Assembly: GCA_963765145.1 (NCBI GenBank)
Contig: CAVXVG010000024.1
Span: forward strand, 12,609 to 76,608
Length of the DNA: 64,000 nucleotides
Direction of reading: 5' to 3'
Source of the DNA: Parachlamydiales bacterium
GTDB lineage: Bacteria > Chlamydiota > Chlamydiia > Chlamydiales > JAJFMK01
The notes under the pieces are model-generated. The model ran no database searches. It saw only the letters and a list, made by a program, of their open reading frames with translations, and was not told the origin of the DNA. A program made the position numbers and the translations under genes. Shown piece by piece: positions 19,547 through 28,700 of the stretch; the stretch's first letter is position 1, and every line of letters starts with the position of its first letter.

Positions 19547-20551
19547 ATGCCGTTGAAAATGTATGAAGAGCCAATGTCTGGCGTGAAACAGATTGTGGCG
19601 ATTGCTGCTGGAAAAGGGGGAGTGGGGAAGTCGACTGTGACGGTTGGGCTGGCTCATGCTCTGGTGGCAATGGGTTTTCGGGTGGGAATTCTGGATGCAG
19701 ACGTCTATGGCCCTTCGATTCGAAAAATGGTTGGGGATGGAGAGCTGCCCTATAAGGAGGGAGACAAGCTGTTTCCGGCCATGGCAAACGGGATAAAAGT
19801 GATGTCGATGGCCTTTTTCCGGAAGGATGGGCAGGCCGATGCGGTTCGGGCTCCTGTTGCAAGCAGTATCGTGACCCAGTTTTTAAAAGAGATACAGTGG
19901 GGGCAGCTTGATTTTCTCCTGATCGACTTTCCACCCGGCACAGGCGATATCCAATTGACCCTCTGTCAGCAGGCTAAATTGAGGGGCGCCGTAATGGTGA
20001 CAACCCCTCAGGAAGTGGCTGTCATGGATGTGAGAAAGGCGATTAACCTATTCCAAAAAGTACACGTGCCGATTTTAGGGATTGTCGAGAACATGAGTTA
20101 TTACCTTGTGAACCAAACACCTCATTATTTGTTTGGTCAGGGAGGGGGAAAACGGTTAGCGAATGAGGTATCAGTTCCCCTTTTAGCTGACATTCCGATC
20201 GATCCAGAAATAGGCAAAGCCATGGAAGAAGGAAGGTCTTTTTCTCACACCTCTTTTGTCACGTTGGCTAAACTCTTGGTTGGACAAACTGCAGAACGTC
20301 ATGCGATCTCGTTTTACCAGAAGGATCGACACCACTTAGTCGTCGAATGGGAAAATGGAGTGCCAGAAACATACCGTTTTGCAGATCTACAAAAACGTTG
20401 TCCATGCGCTGCTTGCGACAAACCCTTAGTCGATGAAGAGGTCGGTGCGACCTCTGTGGAAGCAGTTGGCCGTTATGCCTTGAAAATCAAATTCACTTCC
20501 GGCTGCTCAAGCGGCCTCTATCCTTTTGAGTTTCTGCATAGTTTGCGTTAG
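19547..20551 (+). CDS. mrp: Mrp/NBP35 Fe-S cluster carrier ATPase with C-terminal DUF971-like domain
   Basis: GKGGVGKST, DADVYGPS, DFPPGTGD, VENMS; C-terminal RCPCAAC..VGRYALKIKF..SGLYPFEFL. Confidence 0.9.
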   Translation: MPLKMYEEPMSGVKQIVAIAAGKGGVGKSTVTVGLAHALVAMGFRVGILDADVYGPSIRKMVGDGELPYKEGDKLFPAMANGIKVMSMAFFRKDGQADAVRAPVASSIVTQFLKEIQWGQLDFLLIDFPPGTGDIQLTLCQQAKLRGAVMVTTPQEVAVMDVRKAINLFQKVHVPILGIVENMSYYLVNQTPHYLFGQGGGKRLANEVSVPLLADIPIDPEIGKAMEEGRSFSHTSFVTLAKLLVGQTAERHAISFYQKDRHHLVVEWENGVPETYRFADLQKRCPCAACDKPLVDEEVGATSVEAVGRYALKIKFTSGCSSGLYPFEFLHSLR

Positions 20552-20567
20552 TTAAGCATCTTTGTAT

Positions 20568-20666
20568 TTCGCGAAGCGTTTGGAGTGCTAAACTCCTGTT
20601 TAGCTTTCATTTTTCACTGATAAGTCAAAGCTAAACAGGAGTTTAGCACTCCAAACGCTTCGCGAA
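20568..20666. repeat. Palindromic element family A, copy 5 (loop in opposite orientation)
   Basis: Perfect arms; loop is a near reverse complement of the copy 1 loop. Confidence 0.95.
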
Positions 20667-20668
20667 AA

Positions 20669-20716
20669 AAACTCCCTCTTGATTCGTATTCGAGAATCGG
20701 GAATAAAGGAATTTTT
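20669..20716 (+). promoter_or_regulatory. nuoA upstream motif (putative promoter/operator, GATTC-N8-GAATC dyad)
   Basis: AAACTCCCTCTTGATTCGTATTCGAGAATCGGGAATAAAGG; near copy upstream of nuoF and partial copies inside the island. Confidence 0.55.
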
Positions 20717-21070
20717 ATGTCCGATTATGACTCGCTCTACCTTTATTTAGGTTTCATCGCCTTAGTGACACTTCTTGTTGTCTCTCTTTCTGCCCTTTTT
20801 CCTGCCAGAAAAAACAAGGTGAAGTCGATGCCTTACGAATCGGGCATGTTGACTCAAACCCATCTATTGCAAGAGCGATTCCCCCTTCAACACTATCTTG
20901 TCGGCCTGATTTTCTTGATATTAGATGTTGAGGTTGTGTTCCTTTATCCGTGGGCTGTTGTAGGCAAATCGATCGGAGCTTTTGCTTTTTGGGAAATGGC
21001 CTTTTTTTTAGTCGCCCTTTTAGTTGGGTTTACCTACGTTTGGAAAAAAGGAGGGTTAAAATGGGAATGA
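20717..21070 (+). CDS. nuoA: NADH-quinone oxidoreductase subunit A
   Basis: [29 protein letters not shown]. Confidence 0.95.
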   Translation: MSDYDSLYLYLGFIALVTLLVVSLSALFPARKNKVKSMPYESGMLTQTHLLQERFPLQHYLVGLIFLILDVEVVFLYPWAVVGKSIGAFAFWEMAFFLVALLVGFTYVWKKGGLKWE

Positions 21071-21552
21071 CACCGAAAGAAAAATCGCCATTCTTAGTGG
21101 CGCCACTCGGTAAATTGATCAATTGGATGAGGGCCAACTCGTTATGGCCGGCTCAATTTGGTCTGGCATGCTGCGCCATCGAAATGATGTCGACAGCAGG
21201 CTCTCGTTATGACATGGCCCGCTTTGGAATGGAGGTATTTCGCGCATCGCCAAGACAAAGCGATGTGATGATTGTCGCCGGTCGCTTAAGCCAAAAAATG
21301 GCCCCTGTTTTAGAGACCGTTTACGACCAGATGTTAGAGCCAAAATGGATCGTGGCAATGGGAGACTGCGCCTCAACGGGCGGCATTTACAACAATTATG
21401 CCGTCGTCCCTGTCGATCGTGTCGTGCCGAAAGTCGATGTCTATGTGGCAGGATGTCCACCTCGTCCTGAGGCCCTTTTAAATGGGCTGATTTTATTGCA
21501 AAAGAAGATCAAAAAAGATGACAACCTCTTTGGGTGGCATGAAAGTACTTGA
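21067..21552 (+). CDS. nuoB: NADH-quinone oxidoreductase subunit B
   Basis: [30 protein letters not shown] overlap with nuoA. Confidence 0.95.
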   Translation: MTPKEKSPFLVAPLGKLINWMRANSLWPAQFGLACCAIEMMSTAGSRYDMARFGMEVFRASPRQSDVMIVAGRLSQKMAPVLETVYDQMLEPKWIVAMGDCASTGGIYNNYAVVPVDRVVPKVDVYVAGCPPRPEALLNGLILLQKKIKKDDNLFGWHEST

Positions 21553-21961
21553 AGTAAAGAAAGAGGGCTTAATTGATCTGCTGACATCATTAAAAAATGA
21601 AGGCTATGCAGTTTTGATCGATCAAACAGCTACCGATTACATCACAGAAACAAAAGTTCACTATCTTCTCCGTAATCCGGCCACTAATGAAAGAGTGCGA
21701 GTGGTTGTAGTCATAATGAGAGGGGAAAAATTGCCTACAGTTACCGATCTGTGGCCTGGTGCTAATTGGTATGAAAGAGAGCTGTACGATATGTTTGGAG
21801 TCGGTTTTTTAGGCCATCCCGATTTGAAGCGGATCTTAATGCCCGACAATTGGGAAGGTCATCCGATGCGTCGCGACTATCCTCTCATGGAAGAACCTGT
21901 TCAGTTTAAACATGGGGTAGAACCCAAATGTCCTTCGGAGATCATTCCTCATGTTAAATGA
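21539..21961 (+). CDS. nuoC: NADH-quinone oxidoreductase subunit C
   Basis: [37 protein letters not shown]. Confidence 0.95.
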   Translation: MKVLEVKKEGLIDLLTSLKNEGYAVLIDQTATDYITETKVHYLLRNPATNERVRVVVVIMRGEKLPTVTDLWPGANWYERELYDMFGVGFLGHPDLKRILMPDNWEGHPMRRDYPLMEEPVQFKHGVEPKCPSEIIPHVK

Positions 21962-23132
21962 TCTGCACGACGATATCTTAGAGTTGAATCTCGGGCCGCA
22001 ACACCCTTCGACCCATGGTGTCTTGAGGCTAAAGCTTCGTTTAAAAGGGGAAGAGGTTGTTTCTGCCGAACCTGTCATCGGTTATTTGCATACTGGCATC
22101 GAAAAAGAGTGTGAAACAAGAACCTACATGCAGGTCTTCACCCTTGTCGATCGGATCGATTACCTCTCAGGCCCTGCGGAAGAGCAAGGGTATGCGGGCA
22201 CTGTTGAGCAGTTGATGGGGTTGCAAGTGCCAGAGCGTGCGCAGCACATTCGGGTGATATTGCTAGAGCTTGCCCGGATTGCAAGCCACTTAGTGTGGAT
22301 TGGGACAAGCGCGCTTGAGCTGAACATGTCTTCCATCTACATGTATGCCTTTGCAGAAAGGGAAAAGATACTCGATCTGTTTGAAGAGATGTCGGGTGCC
22401 AGGATGTTTCCCTCCTGTTGGCGTGTCGGAGGGCTTGCCTACGATTTAGACCCCCATTTTGAAGAGAATACCAGGCGGTTTTTGAAAGATTTTCCACGGA
22501 CATGGAAAGATTTAGATGCCCTGTTAACCGACAATTATGTCTGGCGTACACGTCTTGAAGGAGTCGCAATCATCGATAAAAAGCTGTGCGAAGCCTACAT
22601 GTGCACAGGGCCTGTGATCCGCGGCGCAGGTGTTCCATATGATATCCGTAAAGTCTATCCCTATTTAACCTACAACGAATACTCCTTTGATATTCCGACA
22701 CAACCAGAGGGGGATGCTTTTGCCCGCTACATGGTACGGATGGAAGAGATGAAAGTAAGCGCCTCTATCGTAGAGCAGGCACTCGGCAAATTGAAGCCGG
22801 GCCCCGTCATTGTCGACGACCGAAAAGTAGCGCTTCCTCCAAGGAGAGAGTTGGTGCGGAGTATGGAGGCGGTGATCCATCAGTTTAAGTTGGTCAGCTC
22901 CGGGATCCATCCTCCTGTAGGTGAAGTCTACAGCTGTGTTGAGTCGGCAAGAGGGGAAATTGGCTACTATCTGGTTAGCGACGGAAGCAATAAGCCTTAC
23001 CGTGTCAGGGTACGCTCTCCCTCTTTTCCTCACATTCAAGTTCTCAAAGAGGTATTAAAGGGGTATTTGCTTTCAGATGTCGTAGTGGCCATTGCCAGTG
23101 TCGATCCAATTTTGGGAGATGTAGACCGATGA
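21951..23132 (+). CDS. nuoD: NADH-quinone oxidoreductase subunit D
   Basis: [14 protein letters not shown]-terminal DPILGDVDR. Confidence 0.96.
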   Translation: MLNDLHDDILELNLGPQHPSTHGVLRLKLRLKGEEVVSAEPVIGYLHTGIEKECETRTYMQVFTLVDRIDYLSGPAEEQGYAGTVEQLMGLQVPERAQHIRVILLELARIASHLVWIGTSALELNMSSIYMYAFAEREKILDLFEEMSGARMFPSCWRVGGLAYDLDPHFEENTRRFLKDFPRTWKDLDALLTDNYVWRTRLEGVAIIDKKLCEAYMCTGPVIRGAGVPYDIRKVYPYLTYNEYSFDIPTQPEGDAFARYMVRMEEMKVSASIVEQALGKLKPGPVIVDDRKVALPPRRELVRSMEAVIHQFKLVSSGIHPPVGEVYSCVESARGEIGYYLVSDGSNKPYRVRVRSPSFPHIQVLKEVLKGYLLSDVVVAIASVDPILGDVDR

Positions 23133-23599
23133 AAAATGAAATCAAAGAAGCCATTCTTCAACTGCAAAAAAAATACCCAGAAAGCCGGTCAGCGCTGATT
23201 CCTGCCCTCCATTTAGCCCAAGAGGAATTTGGCTATCTACCCGAAGCCATTCAGCAAGAGGTGGCCGATCTGTTTGGTATTGCTTTGAACGAAGTGAACG
23301 CCGTCGTGACTTTCTACGATATGTTCTTTACCAAACCTGTCGGAAAACACCTGATTCATGTGTGTAAAAATGCCTCTTGTATGCTACGAGGAAGCGATCC
23401 TCTTTTAAAAAAGATGTGCGAAAAGCTCAATATCCAACCGGGTGAGACAACTGCAGACGGTCAGTTCACCGTCCTTCCTTCCGAATGCCTTGGCGCCTGC
23501 GACCGTGCCCCCATGATGATCGTCAATGAAGAGGTTGTAGGGCCCGTCAAAGAAGAAGAGATCGACCAGATCCTTAGGGAGGCTAAACAGCAAGTGTGA
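23129..23599 (+). CDS. nuoE: NADH-quinone oxidoreductase subunit E
   Basis: VCKNASC..ECLGACDRAP 2Fe-2S motif. Confidence 0.95.
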   Translation: MKNEIKEAILQLQKKYPESRSALIPALHLAQEEFGYLPEAIQQEVADLFGIALNEVNAVVTFYDMFFTKPVGKHLIHVCKNASCMLRGSDPLLKKMCEKLNIQPGETTADGQFTVLPSECLGACDRAPMMIVNEEVVGPVKEEEIDQILREAKQQV

Positions 23600-23622
23600 G
23601 ATGCTTACCTTTGGTGGGGTGG

Positions 23623-24585
23623 TTATAACAATGAGCGTAGGCTATTTAAGCGCTCCTTAACTTGATGCCAAGTTGGATATTTTCCAAAGCATAGTATGCG
23701 GCACTGCTTTTCGAATTCTGAGGAAATCATCTCTTCCAATTCTCCTGAGGGAAATAAGGCGTCGCTTTTTGAGAATCTCATGTCAGGTGGTGGTATGTAA
23801 CTTGCTTTGAAAAATTCACTGCTGACACTGTCGTAATCAATCTTAATTGTCTCATATTCACTAGACCGAAGCATGTCATGAACTTCTAGACGCTCCGCTA
23901 AGCAATATAAATCATAGTAATGGCGAGCATATCCACCAATCCCTATTCCAGATCTTTTAAATGTTTCAACTTTGGCATGGATAGCAAACATCTTTTCTAC
24001 AAAGGTTCGCCGAAAGTGCAACAGCCGCATCTCAAACGGCTCCTCATCCTCTGCTCCAAGACTAATGTCTGTTTCATGAAGGAATTGCCCCACATAGGAT
24101 TGCAGTTTTATGGTGTTAGTAGGTTCTTTGCCACTTGCAGTGCCGACTTCAACAAGCACGCGATTGCGAATTTCCCCAGCTCCGGCAAACTTTTGAGGGT
24201 ATTCGAAATGGTCAGCACGTCCAAAACCACCAATAGTTTGACTTTCCTCCTCGATAAACTTCAGCCTGGGATGTTTTTCAATAGCTTGTCGCAGGCTCTT
24301 TAACTCACGATTAATGGCGTTTTTTCCTAAGCGAGGATCAAAAGCCATCGGGTCAAAAAAAATATCAATGTCTTCAGAAAATCTTTGTATGAGGTCCCAC
24401 CCTTTCGAAAGGCTTGTCCCACCTTTAAAAAGTACCTTGTCTCCAACGGTCTGATTGATAACGCGCAATGCTTCAGTTACGTAGTAGTCCTTTTCGATCA
24501 TAGCTTCACGCATGCCCAACAAGCTAAAATGCTCTGTAGCACGAGTGATGGCCTGCTCAAAATCTTCGTGTTCAAATAGCTTCAT
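23623..24585 (-). CDS. AbiEii/AbiGii-family nucleotidyltransferase toxin (type IV TA)
   Basis: IEKDYYV, FKGGTSLSK..IQRFSEDIDI, RTFVEK, RHYYDL. Confidence 0.9.
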   Translation of the reverse strand: MKLFEHEDFEQAITRATEHFSLLGMREAMIEKDYYVTEALRVINQTVGDKVLFKGGTSLSKGWDLIQRFSEDIDIFFDPMAFDPRLGKNAINRELKSLRQAIEKHPRLKFIEEESQTIGGFGRADHFEYPQKFAGAGEIRNRVLVEVGTASGKEPTNTIKLQSYVGQFLHETDISLGAEDEEPFEMRLLHFRRTFVEKMFAIHAKVETFKRSGIGIGGYARHYYDLYCLAERLEVHDMLRSSEYETIKIDYDSVSSEFFKASYIPPPDMRFSKSDALFPSGELEEMISSEFEKQCRILCFGKYPTWHQVKERLNSLRSLL

Positions 24586-25333
24586 GAAGATTCCGCTCCT
24601 TTGCTTGCCACTGTTTAGCATATTTTAAAGCTGATAAATTACCAAAATCAAACCTAGAAAGTGGGTTAAGGCTTTTTCTCAGATAACGAAGTTGTTGCTC
24701 AGAGCGTCCAAGTTGTTGTCCTATTGCACCAAAAATTGCGCGAACGCGAGGCGGTTCTAATATAGCAACTTTAAGAAGGCGGTCGAATTGCGCTGATTCA
24801 CGAAAGCACTCGAGTAACTTACTAACCGTACCATTGGATGAGAGTTCACTAGTCAACCCACGGTTGCGAATGAAATCTAGAATGGCTGCATCTCTAGAAG
24901 AAAGTTTTTGCCATGCCTCAGGACGCCTAGTGTGTATGATAGTATCTTTTCCAACGATTTGACGAGGCAGGCTGAGTCCTGTTGTAGCTATCTCTATTCT
25001 TGCTGGGTTCTGCGAGCTAAACCCGAGCAAATTTGCTGCTGCATGCCCTGCAGGAAAGACTTTTCTGCCGGATATGGGTAAGGCACGGATCAAATTACTA
25101 CTAACTGTGCTTTGTCCAAATACGGTTGGCCTTGGCCTATAGTATAAGCCTTTACCAATACGCTGAATAATTCCTTTGCGAGATAGACGAGATAATGCTT
25201 GCGCTGTTGCAGTAAATGATAACTTTTCAAAGTCAGCTAAGCGCCAAACTCTCTCTCCTTCTGCTTCAATGCGAAGAAGGACTTTTTCAGCAATGCTTCT
25301 TGCTGGTCTAGTTTTCTTTCCTTTATCTCTCAT
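24572..25333 (-). CDS. AbiEi-like antitoxin (DUF6088-type wHTH)
   Basis: QALSRLSRKGIIQRIGKGLYYRP, AANLLGFSSQNPA; overlaps the toxin start. Confidence 0.8.
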   Translation of the reverse strand: MRDKGKKTRPARSIAEKVLLRIEAEGERVWRLADFEKLSFTATAQALSRLSRKGIIQRIGKGLYYRPRPTVFGQSTVSSNLIRALPISGRKVFPAGHAAANLLGFSSQNPARIEIATTGLSLPRQIVGKDTIIHTRRPEAWQKLSSRDAAILDFIRNRGLTSELSSNGTVSKLLECFRESAQFDRLLKVAILEPPRVRAIFGAIGQQLGRSEQQLRYLRKSLNPLSRFDFGNLSALKYAKQWQAKERNLHEAI

Positions 25334-25451
25334 ATCAATTCTGATTTTGCCCCAGTCGGGTTATAGTGTCAAGTTTTTCAGCAAAAAAACATGACATAAC
25401 TGCAATGATTAACAAGTGTAACCAGTTTGATTTAAGGTGCTTTAACTGTTT

Positions 25452-25686
25452 AATGTTAGATGTAGTCGAAGTGTTAACTGATTCCACGAATCCTCGTAGA
25501 TATTGGTCGGATCTTAAATCTCAAATCGCTAATTTTGAGGGCTTTGATCAGTTGTACGAAAAAATCGTACAGTTGAAATTAGTGGCTCAAGATGGAAAAA
25601 TGCGAGAAACCGACACGGTATTTCGTGTCATTCAATCGATTCTTTCACCAAAAGCGGAACCTTTGGAGTTCTGCTGTGAAATGTGA
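25452..25686 (+). pseudogene. Bro-N domain (antirepressor-like) fragment
   Basis: DVVEVLTDSTNPRRYWSDLK..QLKLVAQDGKMRETD..FRVIQSI.SPKAEP, truncated at the junction motif. Confidence 0.75.
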
Positions 25687-25712
25687 AACTCCCTCTTGAT
25701 TCATATTCGAGA
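25686..25712 (+). repeat. Copy of the nuoA upstream motif (26/27 identical to 20669-20695)
   Basis: AAACTCCCTCTTGATTCATATTCGAGA. Confidence 0.9.
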
Positions 25713-25713
25713 G

Positions 25714-28700
25714 TCAAACATCTGAAGAAAGAAGACCTTCATTGAGTTCGCTCTGTCTATGACTTCTAAGCGGGAAACTGTTTGGAAACTGTATTTTTCC
25801 AAACCATCTTTCAAACCGGCCGGTTGATAATTCTTCTTCCTGATCACTATCTTCGGTTGGCCGAGGGGATAAGCTCGGTAAGCAGTTTCTGCATTTTGCA
25901 ATCAGATCATCTGATTGCGGATCCAAAGGATCAGGAGCGTCTGCCGATTCTTTTATCATCAGGACAAACTCCTCTAGATAGCGACCATCCTTACCAATGA
26001 AACGGATCGTGTACTTACCAGGTTTGGTTGGAGTGCCTTCCAGTCGGTTATCGGTGTAGCTCAAGCCTTTAGGAAGCAACTCTCCTTGCGCTAAGGGGTG
26101 GTTATTTTGAAAGGCCCTTACTTCTTTGATTCGAGCTTCATCAATAGTAATTGCTCTTTCGTATCTCTCATTAACAACTGTTCGTTCTGTTGCTTTTCTG
26201 TATTTTTTTGTCAGAAAATAGTTCCAGATCAAATGCCGCTTTTGGATGGCGCCAAATAGTGAAATACCCACAGAGCCGACAGTTAAGCTTGTTTTGAGGA
26301 AAAATGCCCAAAAGGACTCTCCGGTAACAAATAAATCAAAAGTTGTCTTCGCGCTTCCGGTGCCATCTCGGGCAAAAACTTCTATTTTATAGGTTCGGCT
26401 AGCAAAGGCATCGGTATCAAACCAATCGGGTGTTCCTGAAAGGTCTTTTTTTACCGGGTCCCAACGGAGCCAACCGGGTAAAGGAAGTCCTCCTGCTAGA
26501 TAGACAGAAATTTCGAGTTCATCGCCATTCGCATCAAAAAAGGTATTTGCAGGTATTGGGTAGACAAACGGCTTGTCAACCTCCGCAACCCCATCCAGGA
26601 GAGGATTTAATACAATGGGAGGATAGTTGGTTGAGTCGACAACAGCAAAAGAAAAAGTGTCGATAGCAAAAGCCCCTAGGGGGTCGTATGCTCGGACGCT
26701 GATCCGTAAACTTTGAGGCTCGGGCGGTGTGCCCGAAAATGTTCTCGTTGCGGAATCAAAAAGCATCCAGGCAGGGATTGGATCGCCGGATTCTAAAGCC
26801 ACTTCATACCTTAAAAGATCATCGGATCCATCCGGATCTGTGAAGGTATTGGCAGAAAATGTGTAAGAAAAATACTCGCCAGCATTGACCTTTTGGTCGG
26901 GGATTTCCCTGTTCACAAGCGGCGGGTTATTATTAGATGAGCTGAGCACCGTGATATCGAATCGAGTAGAGACTTTTTCACCGAAGGGATCAACTGCGGT
27001 TACAACTACGGCTAAGGTTCCACCCATTGTCGGCAAACCTGAAAACGTTCTTGTAGCCGGATCAAAGCTAAGCCAATTAGGAAGAGGTCCGCTCGACGAA
27101 CTTGCAGAAAGGGATAAAGTTTGTCCATCCACATCGTAAAAAGTGTTGGTATTGATTGTCGCTCTAAACTCTATTCCCACACTTGCAAGTTTGCTATCGA
27201 TTGGATTGAGGACAATCGGCGGGCTATTTGGAACAGTGATCGAAAACTGAGCGGTTGCTTTCCCTCCATATCCATCCTCCGCTATCAATTCAATTTGATA
27301 ATTCGCAAAGCCAAAAGGGGTGCCATAGAACCGTCTTAAAGCTGAATCTAAGGCTAACCAGCCTGGAAGCACTTCGCTGCCGACTAATCTTGCTCGATAC
27401 GAGATCGTATCTAAGTCTAAATCGACGAAAGTGTCTGCTGGAAAGGCATACTCAAAAAATTGACCTGTATAGGCAGTTTGATTACCTAAGGGGTTTTCGA
27501 GGAGTGGGGGACGATCAGGAACTTCGATATTGAAAGATGCAGTTACAGTTTTCCCATACCCATTATCGGCTTTGACTTGAATTTGATAGACGTTTTGATC
27601 TCCTGAAAATGGTGTCCCATGAAATGTTAAAGTTAAAGGATCGAATTGCAACCAATCGGGTAATGACATTCCACCAATTAGAGTTGCAGTGTATGTGAAG
27701 GGTGAATTCGGGTAATCAAAAGTATTAGGATCAAGAGTAAACAACAAAGACGAACCGACATAGACAGTCTGTTTGGGAATCGAGTTGACTGCAATAGATC
27801 CCACGTTGATGGGAAGCTTAGCAACCGCTTCATGACCTCCGCTATCTTTAGCGACGACATCAAGCAATTGTAACCCTCGGTCAGAAGAACTAGGTCTACC
27901 GGACAACACTCTTTTTGCGACATCTACACTCTTATAACCGCTTGCACGTTCAGCAACAAATAAGGTGTTTCCTTTTAAATCCAATTTTACGTTAGTCCCA
28001 TCACTTAAAATGTTCGCGGAAGCAGCTTCAACAACTGGGTTTGAAGGGGAGTTTAAATTAATGACTCTGATTGTATTCTTATCATATGCATAAACTAAAT
28101 TTCCTAAGATAGATACTGCTGTAAGCTGGAGACTTCTAAGAGGAACTCCTTCAATAAAAGGATTGTTTTTATTGGAAATATTGATGAGCAACAAACCATT
28201 GTACGTTTGAGCAATGCAGGCGTAATCGCCATTGACATCAATATCCAAGGGCACATCAAGTTGAGTAGTTAAAGAGCTTTTTAAAGTCGGATTTTTCGGA
28301 TTTGTAATATCATAAATAAACAGAAGTTGAGCATTATTTGAGTGTCCAGTTAAATATATGTAGTTCCCATCAACTTTTATTAGTGGACTAGAAAGACCCT
28401 GGTATATTCCTGCAACTTGTTGCATATTTGAAGGGTTACTAATGTCAAAGATTTTAATATCATCGCTCCCCACTAATCCTCCACCAACTAGAAAAGCATA
28501 ATCACCTTGGATCTCTAGATCATTAGCATTAATGGAATTCCTCGACATAATCTTTGGATTTGCTGGATCACTTATGTCTACGGATGTAAATGTTGAAGAC
28601 CCTAAATACGCATAATCGCCAGCAACTTTAATATATATACAATTGCCAAGCGAATTCAACTCGCTCACCAATATCGGTTGAGAATCAATACTTATATTTA

